DNA from: an uncultured Mucilaginibacter sp.
GTDB lineage: Bacteria > Bacteroidota > Bacteroidia > Sphingobacteriales > Sphingobacteriaceae
DNA: 64,000 nt
Assembly: GCA_964657275.1 (NCBI GenBank)
Contig: CAZZUU010000001.1
Span: forward strand, 55 to 64,054
Direction: 5' to 3'
Below the pieces are notes generated by a model, which had not been told where the DNA came from, did not search any database, and was given only the letters and a program-made list of their open reading frames with translations. The stretch's first letter is position 1. Each line of letters opens with the position of its first letter. Both the position numbers and the translations under genes were made by a program. Of the stretch, positions 10,402 to 19,680 are shown in pieces.

Positions 10402-10574
10402 ATCAATTTATTACCCGTCGAAGCCGGTGATTTTTGTTTGACAGCGTTGCCAAACAAAGTTTGAGCATAAGTAGCCAAATAAAAATGTCCAGTGAGCGAT
10501 AGCGAACGGGCAATAAATAGATTTTAGCCCCCCCCAAAGGGATCAATGAAATTAATCCCTCTCTCTCTCTCCGC
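10402..10574 (+). repeat. tRNA-linked stem-loop element ending in a direct repeat of the tRNA-Ser 3' end (att-like)
   Basis: 10554-10574 aatccctctctctctctccgc copies tRNA 10383-10399 aatccctctctctccgc with two extra CT units; the intervening 10406-10518 is a long imperfect inverted repeat. Confidence 0.7.
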
Positions 10575-10687
10575 TAACCGTTGCCTAAATGGATTTTAGC
10601 GCATTATCGCACCATTAAAAAATAATTTTCCATTGAAAATGACCATCAATCACTCATGCTGCTGCTGACAAATTTATCCGTACCGGC

Positions 10688-11596
10688 TCAAATAAAACCA
10701 TCTCTGAATTCAGTTGGAGATTGTTTGGTTTTTTGTTTAAATAACCTGCTGAAAGATTGTGAGTGCTCAAATCCGAGCCGATAAGCTATTTCGCCGGTTG
10801 AAAGCTTAGTAGTGACCAGCAACTCCTTCGCCTTTTCAATTAGTTTATTATGAATATGGTGCTGGGTATTTTGACCGGTCATTTCGCGCAACATATCACT
10901 AAGATACCCGGGCGATATGTGCAGTTGTTCAGCCAGGAACTTTACTGTCGGTAATCGAACCGAAAGTGTCTCTTGTTCAAAATGAGATGCGAGCTTTTCC
11001 TCCATCTGAATCAGCAACGCATTGCTGATATTCCTTCTAGATCTAAATTGCCTTCCATAGAACCGATTACAGTAGTTGAGTAAGAGTTCAATGTGAGAAA
11101 TGATAACTTCTTGTGTATAATTGTCGATGTTATTACGATACTCCCTTACAATGTTCCGCATGATGGTAGTGATCGTTACTTCTTCGTCTGAAGCAAGATG
11201 CAAAGCTTCATTTACAGCGTATGAAAAGTAACCGTACGTTTTGATTTTTTTTGCGAGGCTATATTCTTTAATAAAATCCCGGTGAAATGCCAATCCAATT
11301 CCCCCGCCGATATTATGATGGTTTACTGTGGATAAAATTTGTCCGGGGGCTATAAAGATCATCACACCTTCATCAAAATCGAAATAGCTTTGACCGTACC
11401 TTATTTTTTGTTGAACATCTTTTTCGAGCCATATGGAGTAGAAATTAAAAACAACACTTGTAACGCTGGGGTCACGGGTGCTTTGCACATCTTTTAAATT
11501 AATTACGCTTATTGACGGATGTTCCGGCGCCGGCAACGACAACATCTTGTGCAATTCTGCAATGGTATTGACAATGTAGGGTTTCTTTTTTAACAT
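10688..11596 (-). CDS. AraC family transcriptional regulator
   Basis: Bacteroidota-type N-terminus (YGQSYFDFDEG, FSYAVNEALHL) and C-terminal HTH (IAYRLGFEHSQSFSRLFKQKTKQSPTEFR); start placed at MLKKKP. Confidence 0.95.
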   Translation of the reverse strand: MLKKKPYIVNTIAELHKMLSLPAPEHPSISVINLKDVQSTRDPSVTSVVFNFYSIWLEKDVQQKIRYGQSYFDFDEGVMIFIAPGQILSTVNHHNIGGGIGLAFHRDFIKEYSLAKKIKTYGYFSYAVNEALHLASDEEVTITTIMRNIVREYRNNIDNYTQEVIISHIELLLNYCNRFYGRQFRSRRNISNALLIQMEEKLASHFEQETLSVRLPTVKFLAEQLHISPGYLSDMLREMTGQNTQHHIHNKLIEKAKELLVTTKLSTGEIAYRLGFEHSQSFSRLFKQKTKQSPTEFRDGFI

Positions 11597-11680
11597 AGAC
11601 GCTAACCTCAACTTGCTTACTTTATAGCGTTACGGTTTTCTAATCCGAAAATAGGTATTTAACCGGCAACTTTTTTAAAA

Positions 11681-11717
11681 CCTCAATTCAGTTACAATTT
11701 GCCTCAATCTGGTTACA
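11681..11717 (+). promoter_or_regulatory. Tandem 16-bp direct repeat with 21-bp period; probable AraC binding site
   Basis: cctcaattcagttaca (11681-11696) and cctcaatctggttaca (11702-11717) lie between the divergent AraC and esterase genes, just upstream of GATATTTG (-7-like). Confidence 0.6.
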
Positions 11718-11767
11718 TATCTCTTTTGCAATAGCTTGATATTTGTGATTGCACATCATAAATATAT

Positions 11768-12748
11768 ATGAACTACATCGATTGTCAAAAAAACACAGGT
11801 TCGATTCCGCACCTTGATCCTGAACTGGAATCAATTTTTGCTGAGATGAAAAAACAGGCAGCAGACATCCCTGCGCCCACAAAAGGAGACTGGAAATCAA
11901 TCCGGGAGGGTGGAAATACCGCCATGAAAACGTGGGGCCAGCTCATTCCGAACTACGGTGACGTTTCAAGGGAAACTTTCAACTGTTTTTCGCTCGATGG
12001 CACATCAATAGAACTCCGATGGTATAAAAAACAACTCGAACAGTCTCAGGCGGCGGTGGTGTACGTTCATGGAGGCGGCATGATTTTGGGCGACTTAGAC
12101 AATTATGACAACTTCGTAGCGGGGTATGTATCGAATACGGGTGTCCCTTTCCTCGCCGTTCAGTACCGTCTAGCTCCTGAAGTCAAGGGTGACACGCCGG
12201 TTCAGGATGTTTTTGCTGCTTTGATATGGCTTAGAGAAAATTCAGAAAATCTTGGCATTCACTTTGACCGAATTGCCATTATGGGCGATAGCGCAGGCGG
12301 TGGCATTGCCGCTGGAACGGCCATTCTTGCAAGAGATCGGGGGATTTGCTTAAGCCAACAGATTTTGATATACCCGATGCTGGACGACAGAAACACAAAA
12401 ATTAATCCGTTGTTAGAGCGATTCGCCACTTGGTCATACGATAGCAATTATACCGGTTGGTGGGCTTTAATTGGTGACGATATAGGTACTGATAAAGTGC
12501 CTGTAACTGTTGCGCCCGCTCGTCTTCAAGATTTTACCGGCCTCCCCACAGCCTATATAGAAGTTGGTGATTTGGATATCTTTAGAGACGAAGACATCTG
12601 TTATGCACAACGGCTATTAGCAGCTGGGATTTCGGTTGAATTGCATGTTCTCAAAGGATTACCTCATGGTTTCGATCGGTTTGCACCAGAGATCACGATA
12701 TCAAAGATTGCAATGCAAAACAGATTTAGGATAATCAATTCCCTTTAA
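11768..12748 (+). CDS. Alpha/beta hydrolase, hormone-sensitive-lipase family esterase
   Basis: HGGG oxyanion motif, YRLAPE, GDSAG nucleophile elbow, D..RDE, HGF. Confidence 0.93.
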   Translation: MNYIDCQKNTGSIPHLDPELESIFAEMKKQAADIPAPTKGDWKSIREGGNTAMKTWGQLIPNYGDVSRETFNCFSLDGTSIELRWYKKQLEQSQAAVVYVHGGGMILGDLDNYDNFVAGYVSNTGVPFLAVQYRLAPEVKGDTPVQDVFAALIWLRENSENLGIHFDRIAIMGDSAGGGIAAGTAILARDRGICLSQQILIYPMLDDRNTKINPLLERFATWSYDSNYTGWWALIGDDIGTDKVPVTVAPARLQDFTGLPTAYIEVGDLDIFRDEDICYAQRLLAAGISVELHVLKGLPHGFDRFAPEITISKIAMQNRFRIINSL

Positions 12749-12780
12749 ACAACATCTCACATTATTAATAGCAACTAACT

Positions 12781-13212
12781 ATGAAAACAGAAAAAAAAGA
12801 CACCATGGAAAAAGATAAAGAAATGCTTTTATCCATGGTGAAGTCAATGACAGAATCTTTAACCGCAGCGCAAAGCACAGAACATTGGGCAGAAGATGTC
12901 TTATGGTTTGATATACCACCCTTTGTTTCAAAAGGAATTGCGCCAGCGATAAAAATGTTCGACAGTGTTTTCAAAAATTTCAAGTCCTGTAAAATCAATA
13001 TACTGGAAACAGAGGTGATTTTAGGCGATGAGATGGGTATTATATGTACTATTCAAAAAGTCGAAATTTTACTCCAAAATGGCATCGCTAAAACTTTATT
13101 TGTCCGCGAGACTGATTGTTTTAAAAAGTTTGATGACATATGGAAATTAGTCCATCAACACGCCTCGGTTCCCTCTGGCGGCGACTGGGATGGTAAAATT
13201 ATAACTGACTAA
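12781..13212 (+). CDS. SnoaL-like/NTF2 family protein
   Basis: ~140 aa, DVLWFD, RETDCFKK..WKLVHQHAS C-terminal motif. Confidence 0.8.
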   Translation: MKTEKKDTMEKDKEMLLSMVKSMTESLTAAQSTEHWAEDVLWFDIPPFVSKGIAPAIKMFDSVFKNFKSCKINILETEVILGDEMGIICTIQKVEILLQNGIAKTLFVRETDCFKKFDDIWKLVHQHASVPSGGDWDGKIITD

Positions 13213-13525
13213 ATTATGAGTACAGGATACCGCGTTCATCAATAACTAACGAAATTATTTAAAAGCATACCTTGTCTCAACGCTAATAAACTAATGTCGC
13301 CGCACAAGGCGGCACTTTGACTATTGGCGTTTACTGCCCAAACCCTAAATAAACGCGGGTACCCGTTGCTATCTTTGCGCCCGGGAGAAGTTATGGGAAG
13401 ATTGGCAATCTAAAAACGAGCGGAACGGAGAGATCGGCGTTGTTAAGAAATCTTCCCAACCAAGTGCATCAGTTTAGCCTAATCGAAAATAAGCTGTTAC
13501 ATTTAACCATTCTGAGTTGATACTA

Positions 13526-14035
13526 CTATTTGGTGCTGTGAGGAATTACCACATGTGCGCCCATTCGGTGCCCAAGCAGGTAACCGGCTATCAGCGCCGC
13601 AAGTATCACCACCCACCAAATATATTGACGTGCCTGGTGGTTATTTATGGTTCTTTTAAGATCGGAGATTTCGGAAGCATTTGCCAGCTTTTCATTTTGC
13701 AGGCGCATATTCTGTTGCTGTAACTTAGCCAGCGTACCACCAATTTCAACAGGTTTTTGTTGTTCCAAACGGTATTGCCGCGCAAACCCTCCGTCTTTCA
13801 AAAACTTTTCGCCTTTTGGCTTCAAAATCAGTTTGTCCGGCAGTTCATAATCGCCATGCTTCCCGCTTTCAGCAATGAGGCCTTCACGCGTCAGTATCTG
13901 TACCATGGCAAAAGCAGCTGCCTCATCCTGGTCAAAAAGCTCCATCAGTTGCTTCCGCGTTAAACTATCGGGTATCCCAAAGGCTTCCAGCATGGTATCC
14001 AGCAACTCGCATTCGTATTCATTTAGTTCGGTCAT
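13526..14035 (-). CDS. Hypothetical membrane-anchored protein (possible winged-helix N-terminus, coiled coil, C-terminal TM helix)
   Basis: ORF with Q/N-rich heptad region and hydrophobic YIWWVVILAALIAGYLLG; start probably MTELNE (ORF track starts at 14131). Confidence 0.65.
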   Translation of the reverse strand: MTELNEYECELLDTMLEAFGIPDSLTRKQLMELFDQDEAAAFAMVQILTREGLIAESGKHGDYELPDKLILKPKGEKFLKDGGFARQYRLEQQKPVEIGGTLAKLQQQNMRLQNEKLANASEISDLKRTINNHQARQYIWWVVILAALIAGYLLGHRMGAHVVIPHSTK

Positions 14036-14413
14036 TGTGGCAAATTTAACATTATCAATTGTTTTTTTCTCTTCCGAATAATGCATGCAGCTTACCTTTT
14101 GTTTTTTCCGGCCTTTCTTTTTCGTTGTCAATCAATTTCTTACCGCAGAATCCTTTAATGACCCGCCCATTTGATCCGGAGCGGCTGATTTAAAATGTTT
14201 TTTTTTAAATCCATCGGGTTGCTTTTTTAGTCTCTTCAACACGCCATTTCCGTTCGGTCCGGGGTCAAAAATGCATTATGACGCCAAAACAAATAAGCCA
14301 CGCGTACCGTTGTCCTTTGCCTGCTGATCGTCCTCAGTAGAAGTGTTTGAAATTTGTCGCTAAACCCGCCTATCGGTAACAAACCAGCTACAAAACACCT
14401 TCTAAAAAAAATC

Positions 14414-14426
14414 GGCAACGTTTGCG
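14414..14426. promoter_or_regulatory. LacI-family operator-like palindrome upstream of the GH2 operon
   Basis: GGCAACGTTTGCG with central CG, flanked by aaaaaaatc/gatttttt inverted arms. Confidence 0.4.
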
Positions 14427-14541
14427 TAGATTTTTTAACGTGCAAGCGTCTTTAAATCCTTCCGATGTGCTTATTATCGTTAAGCCAATTCTCCTGTTTT
14501 ATAACATTTACACATTTAACCCGGTTTATTTTATCAGTAAT

Positions 14542-17061
14542 ATGATGCAAATATCTCTATCGCCCGTAAAATACATAACAAAAACATTACCGTTCAAGGC
14601 ATGTATTTGTCTTTTTATTTTAACCTTAGTTGTTGCGCAAGCCGCTGCGCAAACAGCAAGAAACACCATCCTTTTCAACAGCGGATGGAAGTTCCATAAA
14701 GGCGATGTAGCAGCCGGTGACAAAATAACATTTAACGATAAAGGCTGGACAGCGGTAACCCTGCCTCACGATTGGAGCGTTGAGGGTCCCTTTAGTCAGG
14801 AATGGGCAAGCGGCACAGCCTTTTTGCCCGCCGGTATCGGGTGGTACCGTAAAACATTTAGTATGCCTTCAGCGGCTAAGGATAAACACACTTATATCTA
14901 TTTTGACGGTGTTTACAAAGAAAGCGAAGTATGGATCAATGGCCACTATTTAGGTAAACGGCCCAACGGATTTATTTCTTTTCAATATGACTTAAGCCCC
15001 TATTTAAATAACAGTGGTAAAAACGTGCTGGCTGTAAAAGTGGATCATTCGCAATTTGCAGATTCACGATGGTACACCGGATCAGGCATCTATCGTAATG
15101 TGTATTTAATAACCGAATCACCTGTCCACATAGGTTTATGGGGCGTAGCTTTTACCACCCCTAAAGTATCGCAAAAGCAAGCCGCTGTTAAGGTAAACGT
15201 TGCTGTTGTAAATGGAGCTTCCAATAACAAGGGTATTACGGTAAAGTGCAAACTGGTGGATGCTGCGGGTAAAACTGTTGCCGCTGCGGGCAAGAGCATG
15301 AGCTTAAAAAAAGGCGACAGCACTACAGCCGATTTAAACTTCGCGATAAGCAACCCTCACTTATGGTCTGTTGACAACCCAGGCCTTTACAACCTGGTAG
15401 TTACCGTAAGTGCCGGCGGAAAACCGGCCGACGAGTTGAACTATAAAGTTGGTATAAGAGATATAAAGTTTGATGCCGATAAGGGCTTTTTCCTGAACGG
15501 TAAAAACATGAAACTCAAAGGTGTTTGCCTGCATGATGATGCTGGCGTATTGGGTGTTGCCGTACCAAAAGATGTTTGGCGCCGGCGTCTGATCATTTTA
15601 AAAGAAGGCGGATGCAATTCCATACGGCTGAGCCATAATCCGCATGCTGACTATTTGTATGACCTGTGTGATGAACTGGGATTTTTGGTGATGGATGAAG
15701 CATTCGACGAATGGGAAGTGGGTAAAAATAAGTGGATAAAAGGCTGGAATGCGGGTACACCGGGTAAAGATGGTTATCACGAATATTTTGCTGACTGGCA
15801 TGATAGGGACCTGGGGGATATGGTATTACGCGATCGCAACCATGCCAGTATCATCATGTGGAGCATTGGCAATGAGATCGATTATCCGAATGACCCGTAT
15901 TCGGATACGATATTGAATACAGGGCGCAACCCGCAGATATATGGTAAAGGTTATCTGCCCGATCATCCGCCTGCAAAAAGACTTGGTGAGCTATCGGGGG
16001 AATTGGCAGCAGTTGTGAAAAAGTACGATACTTCGCGCCCCGTTACGGCGGCATTGGCTGGGGTAGTAATGTCGAACACAACCACTTTTCCCGAAAACCT
16101 TGATGTGGTTGGGTACAATTACCAGGAATACCGCTATAAAGACGACCACAAAATTTATCCCAAACGGGTAATTTACGGCAGCGAAAACGGCGGGCAGTTA
16201 AGCGCATGGAATGCGGTTGACAGTAACGTTTACATAGCCGGGCAATACTTGTGGACCGGGATCGATTATTTAGGCGAGTCGCATCAATGGCCCCTACGCG
16301 GCAGCTTTTCCGGATTGCTCGACCTTGCGGGATTTACAAAGCCGGAGTATTATTTCCGGAAAAGTTTGTGGTCTGATAAACCGATGGTTTATTTAGCTAC
16401 TGAAGAATCAAAACCCCCAACAGAAAAAGAAACAGGCAGGCGGCGGTCTGCTGCAATCCCTGAATGGAACTACAAACCGGGCGATAAGGTCCGTGTGAAT
16501 TGTTATACCAATTGCAGCGAGGCGGAATTGTTTTTGAACGGAAGGTCGCTGGGCAAAAAATCACTGTCGCAGTTTGATAACCGGATCATTTACTGGGATG
16601 TTGATTACCAGGCTGGTGAGTTAATAGTAAAGGCAAATACCAATGCGGGCCACCTGGTTAGTTTCGCCCTGAAAACTGAAGGCGCCGCCAGTGCTATCAA
16701 AACACAAGTTTTCCAATATGCAACTGGTCCGTCAGCGTTGGCGCAGGTTGAGGTTGATATCGTAGACAAAAAAGGCATTCCTGTTTTTAATGCTGATAAC
16801 GACATTACTGTTGAAATAGCCGGGGGTGCGAAGTTGCTGGGCCTGGAAAATGGTGATTTAAACAGCCATGAAAATAACCAATCAAAAACCCTGAAGGTTT
16901 TTCATGGCAAACTCCTGGCTTATATTCAGCTTGACAATAATCCCGGCAAGGTTAGCTTAACGATAACTTCTCCGGGGCTCAAACCTCAAACCGTAAAAAT
17001 CAGCTCCTTTAAGTCGGCTGGTGTTAAGACACCAACACCTGCTATCAAAAAATTAATGTAA
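14542..17061 (+). CDS. GH2 beta-galactosidase family glycoside hydrolase
   Basis: LPHDWS, GWYRKTF, SRWYTGSGIYR, GVCLHDD, RLSHNP, WSIGNE acid/base, SE nucleophile, DUF4982-like C-terminus; start placed at MMQISL. Confidence 0.94.
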   Translation: MMQISLSPVKYITKTLPFKACICLFILTLVVAQAAAQTARNTILFNSGWKFHKGDVAAGDKITFNDKGWTAVTLPHDWSVEGPFSQEWASGTAFLPAGIGWYRKTFSMPSAAKDKHTYIYFDGVYKESEVWINGHYLGKRPNGFISFQYDLSPYLNNSGKNVLAVKVDHSQFADSRWYTGSGIYRNVYLITESPVHIGLWGVAFTTPKVSQKQAAVKVNVAVVNGASNNKGITVKCKLVDAAGKTVAAAGKSMSLKKGDSTTADLNFAISNPHLWSVDNPGLYNLVVTVSAGGKPADELNYKVGIRDIKFDADKGFFLNGKNMKLKGVCLHDDAGVLGVAVPKDVWRRRLIILKEGGCNSIRLSHNPHADYLYDLCDELGFLVMDEAFDEWEVGKNKWIKGWNAGTPGKDGYHEYFADWHDRDLGDMVLRDRNHASIIMWSIGNEIDYPNDPYSDTILNTGRNPQIYGKGYLPDHPPAKRLGELSGELAAVVKKYDTSRPVTAALAGVVMSNTTTFPENLDVVGYNYQEYRYKDDHKIYPKRVIYGSENGGQLSAWNAVDSNVYIAGQYLWTGIDYLGESHQWPLRGSFSGLLDLAGFTKPEYYFRKSLWSDKPMVYLATEESKPPTEKETGRRRSAAIPEWNYKPGDKVRVNCYTNCSEAELFLNGRSLGKKSLSQFDNRIIYWDVDYQAGELIVKANTNAGHLVSFALKTEGAASAIKTQVFQYATGPSALAQVEVDIVDKKGIPVFNADNDITVEIAGGAKLLGLENGDLNSHENNQSKTLKVFHGKLLAYIQLDNNPGKVSLTITSPGLKPQTVKISSFKSAGVKTPTPAIKKLM

Positions 17062-17077
17062 ACGGCGCACACTCGAA

Positions 17078-19372
17078 ATGAAAAAATTAATTTTAATCCT
17101 TGTATCTACAGCGCTTCTTCATAGTGCTTTCCCGCAAGCGGCAGCCGCTCAAAAAGCGTTGGTTGCCGATACAAAAAATCTGCTGGTAACTGTTGATCCT
17201 GCTACCTGCAGGTGGTCGGCGCAAGTAAAGGGCACGCCGATGCAGGTGAATAATGTATATTTTTTACCAAATGACGATTATTCCGGCTGGGTTGTAACCG
17301 GTTCCGTTAATAACGACGATAACACCAACCTCGGCGCTTTTACTACCATCACCCTTCATGGGACAAAACCGGGCCAGCTTGACTTTGATTATACGGTATC
17401 CGTTTCAAAAACCACTACCGACATATTGGTAAGTATTGGCCGCACCAATAACACCGGCCACGATGTTGACATCAACGATATGGATTATTTCATCTCTGAT
17501 GATGCGCGGCTTGGCGGCACATCTGATAAGTGGATAAGCCTCGGCACGCAATCCCAAAACCGCGAGTTGTATGACCTTTGGCCGGTGATCAACCTGATAA
17601 CGCCGCGCACCTATGCGGTTAACCAGGTGGTGAGGGATAAAGAAACCGGCAACAGCCTGTTGATGGGCCATGTAACCACGCAAAAAGGCTTATCGCGATT
17701 TGACCTGGGTTCCGGGTGGAAAGGAAACGAACCCGCCCAGATGCACATCAGGGGGTATTGCAGCTATAAGATAACCATGCCGGCCGGCAAAAGCTTTGCG
17801 GGCGAAAAGCTACTGATCGGCTTTAATACCGATGCGTTAAAGGCAATGGAACACCAGGGCGACCTGATTGCGATAGCGCAGGATATTCGCCTCAAAACAC
17901 GCCGACCAATTAACCTTGACGACCGGGAACTGGTTGCCAACAATTACAGCCGCTACCATGGCTGGATGTCGGGCGGAACGAACGCAAGCGCAAAAGCCTT
18001 CTTCGAAAAGAACGGGCTAACCGATTTCTATTACGGAATGGGCGGCCCGGGGCCGCAGGGATCATGGGGCATCTACGGTTCAGGCGGAAGTACGCAGGGA
18101 CGCCCGTCGAGGATTAATTATCCTGCGGAATGTTTTCTGCCTATCCATACCGTAAAGTATGATGGCGAGCGGGTGATCGATTTTTCTAACCCCCTATCGG
18201 TGAAACTGGAACGCGAACGCGCATTTAAATGGGTTGAAGGCCACGAAAAAGAAACCGGCCGTGCCGAAATGGACTTTGCTGATTGGTGGGATAAATGGCC
18301 CGGCCAGCACGACCCGTATATGACCGCGTTAGAAACTTACCGTGCGGGCGGCTTGCCCTGGCGTGAAGCGATCGACCAAAAGGCACCGAGAATGGTCATA
18401 CGCTCCAATATGCAACCGGTTGACCACTCCTACGGGTTAGTTGATATCTGCCGGATATCAGAGGATGCCGACCAGGGTTATGAGGATAAGGATTCGCCGC
18501 TATCGGCTCCCGATTTTTCGGGCTTGCTTGACGAATCGGTTTTTGGCTCCTCCATCCGCTTCTTTTATAACGGCCGCGTGTTTTGGAATGATGGCGATGG
18601 TTTCCACATCTTCAAATTTAAAGCCCCTGTAGGAAAAACAGGCACATTCAATTACGGGCAGGCAAAGGTCGACGCTTGTTTTCATGCGATGGCGGGCAGC
18701 ACCCTGTTTGTATCTGAGGCATTTGACCAAACTTACCCCGAAGACCGGATAGAGCTTTTAAAACGCATCAGCCCGCCAACGATGGATGTTTCATACCCGG
18801 TTGACCTGTTTGTTCGCAAACCGGCAAGGGTATTTAATATGCCCATTGAGCGGCCTTTCGGCAAATGGTGCGTGGTATCGGTTTTTAACTATACCAGCAA
18901 AACCCAGCGCGATAACTTTAAGTTCAGCACTAAACTGGATGCGGCGAAAGACCTGCGCCTCGACTCCACCAAGGAATATATCGTTTATGAATTTTGGAGC
19001 AAAAAGCTGATCGGTACTTTTAAAGGAACGTTCGAAACAAGGCCGTTAAACCCTTATGATTGCGACATCTACAGCATTGTTGAAAAGCTTAACCGCCCGG
19101 TACTCATCTCTACCAGCAGGCACATCAGGCAAATGGCGGTTGATATAAAAGACATGACCTACGATATTAAAAAGAAAACATTGAGCGGTGTTTCCCGCGC
19201 TGTGGCTGGCGACCCTTACCAGCTACGCATCCATGTCCCAGATGGGTTTAAACCCAAACAGGTGCAACTAAGCGATGGCCTGCAGGCAAAAATGACAATA
19301 GACGGCAACCTGCTGCTAGTTGATTTTACAACCACTACCGGGAATGATGTAAATTGGAAAGTGGTGTTTTAA
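17078..19372 (+). CDS. Secreted divergent clan GH-D (GH36/GH27-like) glycoside hydrolase
   Basis: Signal peptide; GLVDICRISEDAD, FYNGRVFWNDGD, AMAGSTLFVSE...RIELLKRISP and VSVFN...YIVYEFW segments resemble GH36-like alpha-galactosidases. Confidence 0.6.
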   Translation: MKKLILILVSTALLHSAFPQAAAAQKALVADTKNLLVTVDPATCRWSAQVKGTPMQVNNVYFLPNDDYSGWVVTGSVNNDDNTNLGAFTTITLHGTKPGQLDFDYTVSVSKTTTDILVSIGRTNNTGHDVDINDMDYFISDDARLGGTSDKWISLGTQSQNRELYDLWPVINLITPRTYAVNQVVRDKETGNSLLMGHVTTQKGLSRFDLGSGWKGNEPAQMHIRGYCSYKITMPAGKSFAGEKLLIGFNTDALKAMEHQGDLIAIAQDIRLKTRRPINLDDRELVANNYSRYHGWMSGGTNASAKAFFEKNGLTDFYYGMGGPGPQGSWGIYGSGGSTQGRPSRINYPAECFLPIHTVKYDGERVIDFSNPLSVKLERERAFKWVEGHEKETGRAEMDFADWWDKWPGQHDPYMTALETYRAGGLPWREAIDQKAPRMVIRSNMQPVDHSYGLVDICRISEDADQGYEDKDSPLSAPDFSGLLDESVFGSSIRFFYNGRVFWNDGDGFHIFKFKAPVGKTGTFNYGQAKVDACFHAMAGSTLFVSEAFDQTYPEDRIELLKRISPPTMDVSYPVDLFVRKPARVFNMPIERPFGKWCVVSVFNYTSKTQRDNFKFSTKLDAAKDLRLDSTKEYIVYEFWSKKLIGTFKGTFETRPLNPYDCDIYSIVEKLNRPVLISTSRHIRQMAVDIKDMTYDIKKKTLSGVSRAVAGDPYQLRIHVPDGFKPKQVQLSDGLQAKMTIDGNLLLVDFTTTTGNDVNWKVVF

Positions 19373-19393
19373 GGGCCTAATCAACAAAGCTTT

Positions 19394-19510
19394 TTGTCAT
19401 TGCGAGGAGGAACGACGCGGCAATCTCGTAACTATGCTTAACGAACATGCACAGCGGGGATGCACGGCGACGGGATTGCCACACCGCCTATCGGCGGTTC
19501 GCAATGACAA
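19394..19510. repeat. GTCATTGCGAG...TCGCAATGAC REP/RPE-like palindromic element
   Basis: Terminal IR ttgtcattgcga/tcgcaatgacaa, inner IR ggcaatc/gattgcc and hairpin accgcc..ggcggt. Confidence 0.8.
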
Positions 19511-19534
19511 ATTTTTTATTTGTGATTCTATAAC

Positions 19535-19615
19535 GTGTTTTGTCCGTCCGGTTTGGGGTTAAGTAGTAATTAGAACAGCCGGACATATGGTGTGGTGAGT
19601 AGCCTTTGCGCTCTC
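19535..19615 (+). repeat. Hairpin repeat copy A (related to 25161-25240)
   Basis: gtgttttgtccgtccggtttggggtta...acagccggaca...cctttgcgctct aligns with the copy at 25161. Confidence 0.6.
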
Positions 19616-19680
19616 TTGATGTTCAGGTCCCTTATGGTTGGATTCTGGGCTCAGTTCACCCGCCACATTCAAATAGTATC

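Noticed and set aside
13213-13525. Intergenic stretch with small palindromes (gccgc..gcggc, cgggtacccg, gggaagatt..aatcttccc) and a 9-nt match to the tRNA 5' end
   Set aside because: The stems are short and do not form a recognizable RNA family; a 9-nt match is expected by chance and is not a usable att site
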